This document shows, piece by piece, positions 51,027-64,000 of a stretch of DNA of 64,000 bases. How positions within the stretch are numbered: the stretch's first letter is position 1; every line of letters starts with the position of its first letter. The DNA is from Octopus sinensis (taxonomy: Eukaryota), in assembly GCF_006345805.1 (NCBI RefSeq), contig NC_043002.1, positions 16,368,001-16,432,000 on the forward strand, read 5' to 3'. Both the position numbers and the translations under genes were made by a program. The notes under the pieces are model-generated. The model did not search any database. It was not told the origin of the DNA and saw nothing but the letters and a program-made list of their open reading frames with translations.

Positions 51027-52726
51027 ATATATTGTGAATATATATATTGTCCACTAAATATATAGTGTTAGGAGGAGTTTTGTTAGTGTCTAGCACAACT
51101 AGGCCCCAACGATAATAATCAAGGACGTTGCAGTGTGGGGAGTTGGGTGGTCAGATGTTAGGGGTGATGTGGTCGCAGAAATAATATCACGGCCATGACT
51201 AGGTACTTTTGTTGCGCAGATCACTTTACTGTTCTTCACTGAGATTTGGTTAGGTTGCTAGCTTACTATTTTTTCTTCTTATCTATGTGCCAGAACGAAA
51301 ACGTATAGTTTGCATAATTCTTTCAAGGTTACTTTCAACTAGTCAATATCTTTTTTTTTTTCCATCTTGTTAGTTGGCAGAATTGAGGTGAAGTGTGCTA
51401 TGAACACGACTTACTCCACCACGATTTCTCATGTCTACCTATATCTGCTTTTCTGTTTTAAATTTTGGAGTCGGTCCTTGTGCTGACTTATGAGTAATAT
51501 TTGTGCTTTTCACGCGCGCGAGGGCGACGTAACAGACATACAATGAAATTTTCTATACACCTATTGCTATCCAGGAAATTTTCAACTATAAATGCATGGA
51601 ATTTTCTGCTTAGATTGGTTTTAACATTCATGAACAAGGAGATCGGTGAACCGTAAAAGCATGATATAATCTTTAGTTAAATGTTATCATATAAAATAAA
51701 ATTGATGATTTATTTCTGATACCTTACTAATAAAGCACGTCATTTTCATAGCGATTGTTGTGTATATGGTAAATGAAAGACGGAAGATGGAATGTACAAG
51801 AATTTATTAATCACAATTGTTTCGACACATCTGGAATCATATCTCTCACTGGTGGGATATTCGGCAACTGGTTCAGGAGCATCCGGCAGTGCAGATGTAT
51901 CTTATCGGGTGATGAATATAAACAACTCGATAAAATAACAGATCCGCAATATAACTTCTTATTTTTAAAATGAAAAGCAGCCAGAGAGAGGAAGTATCTC
52001 CACGTACATAAAAGATAATAAATAAAATCACAGATGGAAAAAAAAGAAACGGACACGCAATACAGTGAGAAAATTATTTAAATCAACCGTTAACAAATAT
52101 AGATGTATAAACGCCCTTGGGCAAGCTACATGTCGCGTATACACTCGTTCATACAAGCATCCGCGAAAATGTGAGCATACGCATACGTGAGGATTGGTGC
52201 ATTCATGATCACAAAGCGAGTTAATTATCTACTTAGTATTTGTAAGAATGGGGGAGGCTAACAGTAACCTTAAGTCTTTCATACCTTAAATAAATTATGT
52301 TAACAGTTACTCAAAATTAATTTCCACCGCACGGTGCGTTTAGGTATTTCGAGAATGTTTCAGAAGTTCTATTAATGATCTTCACAGAATATACAGAGAT
52401 TCCTCGGAGCAGAGATGGTACGTCATGGAAATTGTATTGTGTGTTTCGTGTGCCGTACCAAGTTATGCTGTACTTCATTTTAATCCACTTCAGTTGCCAT
52501 ACAAAATAGACCAAAGATGTTGAATGTATCTTACTAATTGTCTTAAAGCTGGTGACATGGTTACGATAACGACTCTTAAATGAATCAGCTTCTGCGCTAC
52601 GTTGACATACAGCCCTCCCCTTCTGTGCAGAGTGCATTTATATACAATGTTGTTCTCATACAGAGATTGTTCGATGGACATTTTGATTTTTCCCTGCATG
52701 AACATTTATTGTATTTATTTGTATAT

Positions 52727-53062
52727 TTTTTTTTTTTAAAGACTCCGCCGGTTACGACGACGAGGGTCCCAGCTGATACGATCAACGGAACAGCTTGCTC
52801 GTGAAATTAACGTGCAAATGGCTGAGCATTCCACAGACACGTGTACCCTTAACGTAGTTCTCGGGGATAATCAGCGTGACACAGAGAGTGACAAGGCTGA
52901 CCCTTTGAAATACAAGTACAACTCATTTTTGCCAGCTGAGTGGACTGGAGCAACGTGAAAATAAAGTGTCTTGCTCAAGGACACAACGCGTCGCCGGGAA
53001 TCGAACTCACAACCTTACGATCATGAGCCGAATGCCCTAACCACTAAGCCACGCGCCCTCAC
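52727..53062 (-). mobile_element. SINE family C with poly(A) tail and 11-bp TSD
   Basis: TSD tatttgtatat at 52716-52726 and 53063-53073. Differs from the 14378 copy by a single 1-nt indel in the body. Confidence 0.93.
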
Positions 53063-53955
53063 TATTTGTATATAAGGAAGTTTCAACTCCATTAACCAAC
53101 GTTGTTATCGCGTTAGCTTATCATAATTATATCTACTATTAAAATTTTCCCTACCTCCCACTTCCCACACATGTTCCTTCCTTACATCCTTATCTAATCC
53201 TTCTAACCCTCCCCTATTCCTTGTATCTACTGATAGCTCTTCCCCCTCAAATAGCTTGACCACCATCTGGCACTCCTGCTTCCTCTTTCAATCCTTCCTT
53301 CTTTTTCCTCCCCTATTTCTTTTGACCGATACAGTTTCCCCCCTTCTAACATACATACATATTCTCTTCTCTCTATCTACTTCCCCCTACAAGTATATTC
53401 TCTCAAACTTTCACTATCAATAAAAGATCCGTTTGAATGAACAGCACATGGAATTTTTGTCTCCACACTCTCCCTCAGTAATAAAAAAAATATGAATTCC
53501 TATAGGAATTTACATAACATGAGGAAGAAACCTTTCTACCCATACTACATAGCACTTCACGTTGATAATGGAACTGCACCCGTAACAACCAACATATATT
53601 TTTTTTTTTATTCTCTTATTTCCCTTTACATTTCTTATATCTTTCACTTTCTAAAATAACTTCTTATATTGAACTCTAGTTCCTTCTGTTTAACTCTCTC
53701 ATCTCTCATATCTTCTTTGATGAAGGGATATCCCTTTTATCCCTGAAAAAACTCTAAGACTACATTTCTCTTTACAGATATCCTAGAAATTCAACACTGA
53801 CTTGGCTTTGTTGTCTCGTTATATATATATATATATATAATATATATATATACATACATGCTTAAATAAATATACACGTGTATGTACACTTGTGAACGTA
53901 TTTATATATGCATGTCTGTATTATGTATATATGTATGTATGGTTGTATAAATAGC

Positions 53956-53994
<39 letters not shown>

Positions 53995-56900
53995 ATGCAT
54001 CATGCATGTACAGATATAGATATACATGTATATATTTCTGTGTGTGTGTATGTGCGTGTGCGTATAAGGTGTATGTTCTTGCATACAACTATCCATATGG
54101 AAAGAAACATAGACATAAATAGATACATGCGTAAACACATACATTAATACATATACGCATACACATATATACATATATACGTTAATACATATACACATAC
54201 ACATACATACATACATACATACATACATACATACATACATACATACATACATACATACATACATACATACATACCTGCATACAAGTATGCATCCATACGT
54301 ATGCAGATCAGAGCATCCATACGTAATGGATTCACCTTCGGCAGTCTATTGTTTACCTACAAGAATTTCAGTTACTTTATTGCATGTAATATCAACAAAT
54401 ATAGAATTCCAGAAAATTGCATTCTCTACATAGAATGTCCATGCTAAATATTATTGTATGATTTATCGTGTGAGAAAATAGCATGTTTGAATATAGAGAT
54501 ACGGCTATGTAATAATCAAGAAACGGAAATTTCGATTTGGAAGGAATCTATAATCGTTAGTATTTAAAATATAAATACTCTAACGATGTTCGTAATATTC
54601 CATGCTTGCCATTTCTTTTCCTACCGACCACATAACAAGATGTTAATGAATATATATCCTCCTGACAACATAACTATTGATTTATTGAGTAATTTTCTGG
54701 CCATTTTAAGTTGTTAAATATGATATTTAGAACTAATTATATCATTAAACCTAACATTTCATCTCTCGAGCCTTATACATATTGATTTACAAACAATTGT
54801 CTTGTATTATATTATATATTTATTTGATAACTGATGATTTGTATTATATTATCATTTAATTTGCAACACTCTTATAAAAGTTTTCTTTATAGCAGCTCGT
54901 GTAGATATTATTTACGATTTTCGGCTATGATAACCTTTGTTTCCCCATTGTAATATATTGACGTCTTTGTTTCACCTCCTGCAAATTAATTGAAGTCTTA
55001 CGTATATAAACTCTATTAACTCATAGTTTACTTTCATTCCCTTTAATAGATTGGGGAATTGTTTACTTAAATTAAAGTTTGTTAGTATTCTGTTCCCTGT
55101 TGAACTGTATGAACTTGATGTGATATTTAATTTTGATGTGGCTTCGTAAAATTTACTTGCCATCTAGGAGACAGATAATCACCGCCTGTCGAAATACGTG
55201 CATTAGATATAGCGATGGAACTAATTTTTTGGTATTTTGTTATATATAAATTCAACTATATTTTCCGTAGTAAATTCTCCGTAGCAAACACCAGCATAAA
55301 GTTTACAATATATATCATGTTAATAATATATTTAAGTCCCAGTCTATGCATATGCGAGTGATATGAGTGTAGTAATTATTTTCAAACGTTTGCTAGAAGT
55401 CCACTGCATTTTATAATGGAAAATGAATGACTTATATGCCATGACTCTTAATTATAGGAATGTACCACCTGCTTTCGGTTGGAATGCTTGAATTCATACC
55501 AAAAATTTTCGAAATAAATGTTATTGCATTATTCATTTATTCTCTCTTGTCTGAAACACGATGCCGCTGCGTCTTAGCTTTGTGTTTCCGCCTTTAAAGA
55601 TAAGTTTTGAATCCATGAAATCAAATAAGTGTGTTGAACAGTGTAATACTGTCCAAGAACGATAAACTGAAATCGTTGCAGTTGTAAAATCATTCAGTAA
55701 TTTCGAAGTTTTAAACTAGATGAATCAGTAAAAGATGCCATACGCTACTCTGCGAGAAAAAAACGCAGCTTACTCGACATGTAATTTCTCTTTAAGGCAA
55801 ATAAACTTAACTAATCTTTCTTTACGTTTGCTATTCGGGTTGAATAACACGATGGGAAACGTGACTGCATTATACTAATGTTGAAAGTAGTTACCTGTTG
55901 ATGTACAGTTCTAACTATACACATACTAGCAGCAATAAATATTGATTAAACAGTATCGTGTACTCATTCATAATTTTTGTGAGTTAATATGTAGAGATAT
56001 CTTGAAGTATTTCAATATACAGCAGATGTTAACTGTTAAAAATAATGATTGTTTCCCTGTCAAATGTTTGCACCGCATAATAATAAAATCCCTTTTAATC
56101 GGTTTGCATGTCAATATTTTTAAACAGCTCGATAAAATTGAATTATTTCAAACAGAATTTCTTGTTTGTGCGTAATTGCATTAGTGGTTTAAACAAAATT
56201 CCTGAGATCAATTACTTTTCTCAAAATGTATTCCTGTTCATTAGGAGATTTTTAATAATGAAAACAGCACGGGTTTTTACATGGAGTGATTAACCTCTTT
56301 GAATTTCTCAACATAAATCCTATAAAGATGTTAGAAAGTAAACTGGACTAACAGAAATGAGAGAAATTAGACACTGACATAGTTTGAGATGTCTAAGTTT
56401 AACTGTGAAAGAAAAATCCTCTACAGAAACCTAAAATTGACTCACTGAAATTTCAAATGAGGACAACGCAATGGAAATTAGAAACGTTTTATAAAGAAGG
56501 ATATAATTTGCAGAACTAAGTTGAGAATATTGGTAGGAGCAACGAAAAATGGAAAATGAATAAGAGAAAATGCTTTTATTTCATTGGAACTTATCAATAT
56601 AATAATCATACAGGCTTTTAAAAAGACGTAATGGTTCATATAAAAAGAACAAATAATTACAAATTGCTTTTGTGAGCAGTGATAGGCGTGGAGAAAACAG
56701 AATATGTTATGGGTAATATGTGAGTAATACACATGAATTTTGAGATATATGTTTTAAGGGGATAAATTTACTTTCATAAAAAAAAATCGACGAAACATAG
56801 TCTCCAGACAAGGATTTCAGAACTATTTAAATTCTAATGTAAGAGATTGATTGCACTTGCAAGGCGACAGATACGGAAAATTTACCGTTTGATTAAACTG

Positions 56901-57000
56901 CATAGCAGTGCTAAATGAATACTGCTATGACAAATAGCCAAAAGGGATTTATGAGAATATTACACAGGTCATTATAGCAAATAATTGAATTATTTGTTAG

Positions 57001-57109
57001 GGAATGATAATAGATGCATCGAATAAGTTGAGAAGGAGTTCAGTAAATAGTTCATGGTCCTGTATTGTTGATATTCAGCAATGTCATAAGAAATTACGCA
57101 AAAATTTAT
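57001..57109 (+). other. Candidate coding exon, possibly spliced to 57617-57657
   Basis: tttgttag|...|gtaagt with open frame GMIIDASNKLRRSSVNSSWSCIVDIQQCHKKLRKNL. Phase-compatible with the tttcag| acceptor before 57617. No homology recognised. Confidence 0.22.
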
Positions 57110-59216
57110 GTAAGTTATTATACAGTCACATTGAGAAAAAAAGTCAATAAATGTAAATTACAGAATCACGAATGCATAGATCATCAAGTGTAAGTGCCAC
57201 TAGGCCTGAAAAATATATATTTACTCTTATCATTGTTTCGCTGCGAATAATTCCGATTATCATTATATTTTATAAAGCAAACGCACACACAAATATTAAA
57301 GTGTTCATAAAGAAACACCAAAATACTTATTTCTTTATTCAACGTTTTCCTTTTATACATATCCTCTGAGAAATTACAATGATATATTCTGAATTTTTCA
57401 GAAGAACAAATTAAATTATAATTGGAATTTAATGAACGGGTCTCTTGAATCGGCAAATTGATTAAAGAATGAGAATGCACTTAGTAATTAAACAAAGACG
57501 AAAACATCAAAATAAACCTAATATTCCATGATATGGAATTCAAAATCAAAACTCGTGCTCTAAACAATATCATTTGCTATAGATATTCAACAAAATCATT
57601 AATTATTTCGTTTCAGGTTACGAAAAATTAGAAAATAAACAAATAAAGTTAATATGAAGGAAATACGCATAATGCACTAAGAAATTTAAATATATTCAAA
57701 CCTAAGTTATCGAATATTTGTCATACTTCATAAACAATAGCGAGGTTTTTTTCTGTGATGAATCAAATTTAATTTAACAGGTCAAATTATTTTGACCCGC
57801 GAAGTTTAATAATGTATGCAATATTTTAATGATAAATGTTATGGGTCGATTGTCAGAAACAAATGTTAATTAGTACGTTTTGGTTTATTTTTTCTTTGAT
57901 GGTTGTTTTTACGTGTATTTTCGTGACTGAGAACAATAACTACAATATTTCTATGAGGTTTTCTACAGTTTTGTCGACAATGTGTGTTATTTGAAGGTTT
58001 GGTTTGCTTTTCTCACCCTGCTGATAAGATTGAATCAAGGTGAAATGCATTTTTCTGCTTTGGTGAGGGGTTCATATGACTCTGGATTACGTATACATGA
58101 CCTGTAAAATATCCGTGATATCCTTTTCGGCAAGTGAAAGTTTATTTAAAGCAACATTATGTAGAATAAATATTATTTTCATGTGTTTTTATTTTTATTT
58201 ATTTGTGCTTCATGGAGGTCGCCGTGCTCGTCTTTGAGACATTTGATATTTTATATTGATATAGTTTCGATTTGATATCATTAACATCAGTCACTCGTTG
58301 GGTGTTGTTAGAGACTTTGAACCATCAATGTCATAATTAACATCATCCCAAATTTTTGCTCCGTCGTTTATTTTCTCTTGTTTCTCCTCCTTCAAAAATT
58401 GTCAGAACAAAAGTAGCCCTTGGCTGCTCACAATATATTAACATTCGGAAAAATTACATGATGCCTCTAATTCCTTTCAAGTTTTAGAAATCGTGTTTGA
58501 TATAAGAGCGATATATTTATTCTAGACAACTTGTTACACATATATATCTGCTTATATGTATGAATAAGCCATCGTACGCAATCATTGTCAACATACTTTT
58601 TCTAAGAATAATAAATGCATAGTTTACAAATGTATACAGTAAACCACTATAAACATATAATTCATATTTATTATAACTGAACATAAAAATAAGTTAAATT
58701 ATGTATATATGTGTTTTTTGTGTGTGCATGCGTATACGCATGTGTATATGTATGTCTGTATATGAGTTTATATGCAAATGTGCATATATAAATAGATATG
58801 TATGTTCACTGCAACAAAACAAAAACTGTATATTTTCACTGAATTGAATTTCCTATGTTAATTAATTTGCTTTTATTGTTTACTCTTTATGTTATTATTT
58901 ATTATCAATTAACTCTAAGAATCTTTCCAATATAATGGCAATTCTCCTCTGTAAGCGTTTTGCTTACTGTTGTTTATAGCCCCATTGTTGTTTATAGATA
59001 TCTCCTCCGGCTGCCAGCAGTATCATCGTCTTCAATGGGTCCTCCACATTTAGGTGGCAAATATACTCCACGATTCCGTGCTGCAACTATTTACTTCTCG
59101 CTGTGAGATTTATTATTGATTCTTCCACATTTTTCGAGACCGGCGAGAGTTTGTCACTAGCAGAAACATATAGTATGTGCATTAGGAATGGGTTCTCATC
59201 TCTAGTTGGTGATTAT

Positions 59217-59261
59217 CACACACTGAAGACGGGTTATTACTCAGAAACCTGGGTCTGTATG
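59217..59261 (+). ncRNA. Minimal hammerhead motif upstream of Penelope RT
   Basis: cacaca-CTGAAGA-c-gggt-tatt-actc-a-GAAAC-ctgg-GTC-tgtatg. Stem I has 5 of 6 pairs. Confidence 0.5.
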
Positions 59262-59400
59262 TATCACGTAAGGCTAGAGATGGAAACGACGATTTCTCTT
59301 CGCAAATACTAATCAGACCCAGACAATGTATTCCATGTATAACTTTGTTATACAGAAAATAATTTGAGAATTTGGCTTAACGATCAACACCACTGAAACA

Positions 59401-60290
59401 ACACTATGGCTGAGATATTTTGAGGACACCTTTATATTCTGGCCCCACCAGGAAGATGACCAAGTGCTGTTCGATCATGTGAACTCAATAAAACCATCCA
59501 TACAGTTCACAACAGAAAATGTCAAAGACAATCAGCTAGCATTCCTCGACGTATTAATAACACGCACTAAGTATGGATTCAGGACATCTGTATACCGCAA
59601 GCCAACCTTCACTGGACGATACCTTCACTTCAATTCTCACCATCGATATAGTGTAAAGAAAGGGATTGCTCAGTGCCTAAAGCATCGAGCAAAGAATATA
59701 AGTAGCGATCGTGATACCGACCACGAAGAAATGATCAAGCTCAGTAACAATCCATTAAGCAACAACTACACCACAAAACATAGTATCTATTCCAATTATG
59801 AAGAAAAGTGAGAATGAAACCAATAAACTGTCTACAGCCTGTCTACTCTATGTCAAAGGCCTCTCAGAAAAGATACAAAAGATATGCGGCCCATATGACA
59901 TCAGGACAGTATTCAAGAGTAATACAACACTTCGCAAATATCTCATTCGAGTAAAACCACCAACAGAAGAGAATGTGACCAAAAGCTGCGTGTACTCTCC
60001 CCCATGCAGCTGTGGTAGGTTATACAAAGGCGAAAAATGCCGCCCCCTCAAAATAAGGGTAGACGTACATTGCAAAGCTTGACACGAGCAGATATTGATA
60101 AGTCAGGTATAGCTGATCATGTATGGGAAAATGGAGACCGCCTCCCTCTTTGTGATGAAGTTAAATTAATAGACAGAGAACACTACTGGAAAATACGAAA
60201 ACTAAAAGAAGCAGCACATATGCTAGGGCATAACAACTTCCTAACTAGACCAAGCCTAGTTAGGAATAGTATATAGGAACCGGTATTAAT
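59401..60290 (+). mobile_element. Penelope-like element (Poseidon-type), 5'-truncated RT plus GIY-YIG endonuclease, frameshifted
   Basis: WLRYFEDTFIFW (decayed YVDD), SIQFTTE, LAFLDV, TSVYRKPT, YLHFNSHH, CVYSPPCSCGRLYKGE (GIY-YIG), SGIADHVW, KLKEAAHM. Confidence 0.92.
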
Positions 60291-60339
60291 TAAGGATAAG
60301 AAAATATTAGATTTATAAACCCTACAATTCACTCCATAA

Positions 60340-60405
60340 TTGCCCACGGGTATATGGCGTAGAGGTTAAAAGCGCGGGTTACTAAACCCAAGATTACGAG
60401 TTCGA

Positions 60406-60440
<35 letters not shown>

Positions 60441-60600
60441 TAACAACAACAACTTCGAAAAGTAACCTAGGAATTTGAATCCAGGTTGAAAATTTCTCGA
60501 AGACACCTGACGAAGGCTGGAGAGTATATCAACCGAAACGTTTTAACAACAAAGAAGATGAGGACAAATATCCGTCAAATGTAAATAATGTAAATAATCT
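60340..60600 (+). mobile_element. Composite element D: tRNA head, (AAT)n, hammerhead motif, 3' end
   Basis: A box tggcgtagagg and B box gagttcga. Hammerhead acac-CTGACGA-a-ggctg...caacc-GAAAC-GTT at 60503-60542. Confidence 0.78.
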
Positions 60601-60747
60601 AAAAATGTTTATACATACATACACACACACACACACATACATATATATAAATATATATATATGTATGTATGTGTGTGTGTGTGTGTGTATGTGTGTGTGT
60701 ATGTATGTATGTATAAACATTTTTAGATTATTTACATTATTTACATT
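60578..60747. repeat. Palindrome including microsatellite arms
   Basis: aatgtaaataatgtaaataatctaaaaatgtttatac and its exact reverse complement enclose (CA)n/(TG)n tracts. Confidence 0.88.
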
Positions 60748-60750
60748 ATT

Positions 60751-60794
<44 letters not shown>

Positions 60795-61190
60795 AAGTAA
60801 GAAAATGGAGAAATACATCTAAATCAATTATCAACTACCAGAAAATACCCAATCACATAATTTAGTAAACCACTACATATGAACATTAAGGTCAAACATA
60901 TTAATATAGCACAAAACAGTGTACATGAAAGAGTAAAATGGTACAATAAGTACAGTATGTATATGAGAATATAAAAATATAAATATAAATATAAACTACA
61001 TCTTACAGCTGTTTCGGCCATGCAGATATGGGTGTCTCATTTTGCTCATATTAGCCATGTGTGATAGGTCAATATGTAGTTATAAATGAGTCATTTACAA
61101 AAATATCCCAAGGCCTCTTCGGAGATTATGAAATACAAACTAAATTAAATATGAATATCAGAGTAGGTATACCCATACAAGTGTGTGTAC

Positions 61191-61993
61191 ATACCCATAA
61201 TATATCATATACACATACATATGAGTGCATATACTCATACTCCTATACATATACATAATAATATAAATCAATATACAAATATATGTTCCATATTCAATGT
61301 TAAAGTTTTTCAACTTGATATTATGATATTACAATGTAGAAAACATACGCATATGCAGGAGTGGCTGTGTGGTAAGTAGCTTGTTTACCAACCACATGGT
61401 TCCGGGTTCAGTCCCACTGCGTAGCACCTTGGGTAAGTGTCTTCTACTATAGCCTCGGGCCGACCAAAGCCTTGTGAGTGGATTTGGTAGACGGAAACTG
61501 AAAGAAGCCCGTCGTATATATGTATATATATATATATATATGTGTGTGTGTTTGTGTGTCTGTGTTTGTCCCCCTAGCATTGCTTGACAACCGATGCTGA
61601 TGTGTTTATGTCCCCGTTACTTAGCGGTTCGGCAAAAGAGACCGATAGAATAAGTACTGGGCTTACAAAGAATAAGTCCCGGGCTCGAGTTGCTGGATTA
61701 AAGGCGGTGCTCCAGCATGGCCGCAGTCAAATGACTGAAACAAGTAAAAGAGTAAAAGAGTAAAGAGTATATTAATACTCAAACGCAGACATACATGTAT
61801 GTTTGCATTTGAGTATTAATATGTGTATGTTTTCTACATTGAATATCATAATATCAAGTTGAAAAACTTTAACATTGAATATGGAACATATATTTGTATA
61901 TTGATTTATATTATTATGTATATGTATATATATATGTATAGGAGTATGAGTATATGCACTCATATGTATGTGTATATGATATATTATGGGTAT
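61191..61993. repeat. Spacer-less palindrome (~190-bp arms) interrupted by a SINE B insertion
   Basis: 61191-61354 plus 61771-61795 is the reverse complement of 61796-61993. The centre is ca|tg at 61795/61796. Confidence 0.9.
61355..61768 (+). mobile_element. SINE family B, full length
   Basis: A box TGGCTGTGTGG, B box GGTTCAGTCCC, CORE-like ccttgggtaagtgtctt, internal (TA)n(TG)n, (TAAAAGAG)n tail. Confidence 0.92.
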
Positions 61994-62414
61994 TTGCAGG
62001 AATACACACTATTCCTGATCATTGTCGTAGAACTATCTTTCTACCACAGAGTATCTTGGAAAATATAGCTACTTTCATATATTACGCAATCTCATATAAT
62101 TTTGAATTGCTTATATATATATTTGTGTGTGTGCCTGTGTGAATTTGTGTGCATGTTTGTGTGTACGAATGTCTAAATATCTGTCTGTGTGTTATCTTTT
62201 GTGTTTATGTGTGTGTGTGTGCTTGTGTACATATCTATACACATGTATAATTATAGTGTCGTGTGTAACTACAACTTTGTCTTATGCTAATTTTGAAGAA
62301 GAATACCAATTTCTGAATTCGGCATAAATGTGTGTGAGGTGGTAGTGAAGTTTATGTGTATTTATGCTTATCGCTATGTGGGAATATATGCATATATATA
62401 TATATATATTATAT

Positions 62415-62450
<36 letters not shown>

Positions 62451-62796
62451 CATACACACATTCGCGCTCATATTCAGAAACAAACACGCACGGAAACTCA
62501 TACAGACTTATACTAGTTATATATTCAAATATACTTATATATGCGTGTGTTCATATGTATGCACTTATGTCAATGTCTTTCTTTGTTTAAATTAAGTGTA
62601 GATATATATGCCTTGCAATTATATAGAAAATTTACATTTCTGCAATGCAATGATGGAACAACATACAAAATAAAAGAGAATCATGGATCATCTGTTTTAG
62701 ACATATAATATATCGATGCCTAACGACGCTCAGAAAAAAATCTCTCTCTGAAAGTTATGTTTACTACTTCATTGATGTTCATCTCGCACTCATAAG

Positions 62797-63199
62797 TCAT
62801 ATATTTATATATAAAAGAGAGGTTGTGTGCAGTCTGTCTCCTACGATTTAGATTCCTAACTACTCCAATATTTTGCGGTGCAGTTTAACCAAAACCGGGT
62901 ATCTTATAGTCGTGATTCATATCGAGCCCTTCTGGGTATTAGCGCGCGTCTACGATGAGTCTACGATTTAAAAAAAATATTTACCATCAATTTTTCCCAT
63001 TTCTTAATGCATTTTTGGCATATATAAGGGAAGTAACTCTCTAAAAATGTATTAAATCTCAGAACGTAAAAAGCTACGGTAACACACCCCTCCCTTTGTG
63101 GTTAGCCATATTGAGATGGCTATTATACTTTACATCTCTAAAAATGCTTATATAGTTATTTCCCTTACAAACCCGAGCAACGCCGGGCGATACTGCTTG
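62797..63199 (+). mobile_element. Probable non-autonomous Helitron
   Basis: 5' TC...tatatataaaagagagg start. 3' hairpin cccg-agcaacgc-cggg followed by ...gcttg|t, an imperfect CTRR end. Confidence 0.55.
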
Positions 63200-63562
63200 T
63201 AGTGTATATTTGCATTTAACCTCTTTATAAAATCCCCTGCTACTCTTAAGTATGTTACATTGTTTCACGTATGAATTCATATTACAGACCCTGTATCCAT
63301 CTGAATGTGATTGCGTATTTCTTGTGTATAAGTGTGAGGGTGCTTGTAGTTTGGCATATATTAATGTACATAAATTTTATTAATTGTGTACGTGTAAACA
63401 TATCTTTCAGGATAAATTGAATTGTCATGCTTCAGTGTTAGTAAGGCTTCCTTCCCTCTTCATGAAAGGTTTGTTTGCATTTATGATACACACACACACA
63501 CACACCTACATATATATAGACATCGTGAATGCAAGTGAAGGCGCATGGCTTAGTGGTTAGAT

Positions 63563-64000
63563 AAGGGAGAGACGATAGTAATCATGGACAAATTCTAACA
63601 GACTAAATTTAATACAAGAAAGCACCAAGACAATCGAAAAAAATAGTATTCAATAAAATGAAAACGCTAATTAATGAATACTAACAATCCTTCACGGACA
63701 AAGAGAAAAAACATTTATGCAACTCTGGAATTAGAGAGCAATTTCTACAAACGACCCCAAATGCACAAACGCCCCAAAATACAGAAAGTTATAAATGAGC
63801 AGAAGAACGGATACATAAATACACTCAGACTTACTGACCTCAACCTTAGACCAATAATTGCTGGACCGCAATCACCAACACAGCTGAGTCATCCTTTGCA
63901 CTTACTCCTAAATTCTTTATGTCCATTAATACCCAGCTATATAACGGACGGCGTAGGTTTCCTCCAGCGCATTCCATCCACTGTCCCGAAGGTACTATAC
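63563..64000 (+). mobile_element. Penelope-like (Neptune-type) RT N-terminal fragment running off the window
   Basis: KGETIVIMDK...SNFYKRPQMHKRPKI...DLNLRPIIAGPQSPTQLSH...IPSYITDGVGFLQRIP (cf. FYGLPKIHK, RPIVAGP, PSYIKD). Preceded by a 30-bp SINE C head at ~63533-63561. Confidence 0.8.

Noticed and set aside
53710-53760. ttgatga-aggga...tccct-gaaa hammerhead-like motif
   Set aside because: C3 is changed without compensation and stem III and the cleavage triplet are destroyed, so it is a decayed relic only.

Overview
AT-rich, microsatellite-dense animal genomic DNA with no intact host protein-coding gene that I can recognise. The repeat repertoire (tRNA-headed CORE-type SINEs, Penelope-like elements, very long TA/CA/GATA tracts) suggests a coleoid cephalopod such as Octopus; this is inference, not a database match. 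Most ORF-track entries are translated microsatellites. The window is a mosaic of mobile elements. These are at least five SINE-like families (labelled A-E here); Tx1/L1, RTE, R4/Dong and Hero LINE relics; four Penelope RT fragments; Tc1, mariner, Tigger and MULE DNA transposons; probable Helitrons; and several long palindromes. A few weak exon candidates remain. Three observations stand out. (1) SINE A shares its last ~47 nt, including a structure-conserved GC stem-loop before AATAAAGAAA, with the 3' end of a Tx1-clade LINE in the same window. (2) There are ten minimal hammerhead-ribozyme motifs from several lineages, including one intact copy, a compensatory U3-A8 core variant, and a subfamily with U at core position 6 in all three copies. 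(3) A composite element made of a tRNA head, a triplet microsatellite and a hammerhead occurs twice and looks like a Pol III SINE mobilised by Penelope machinery.
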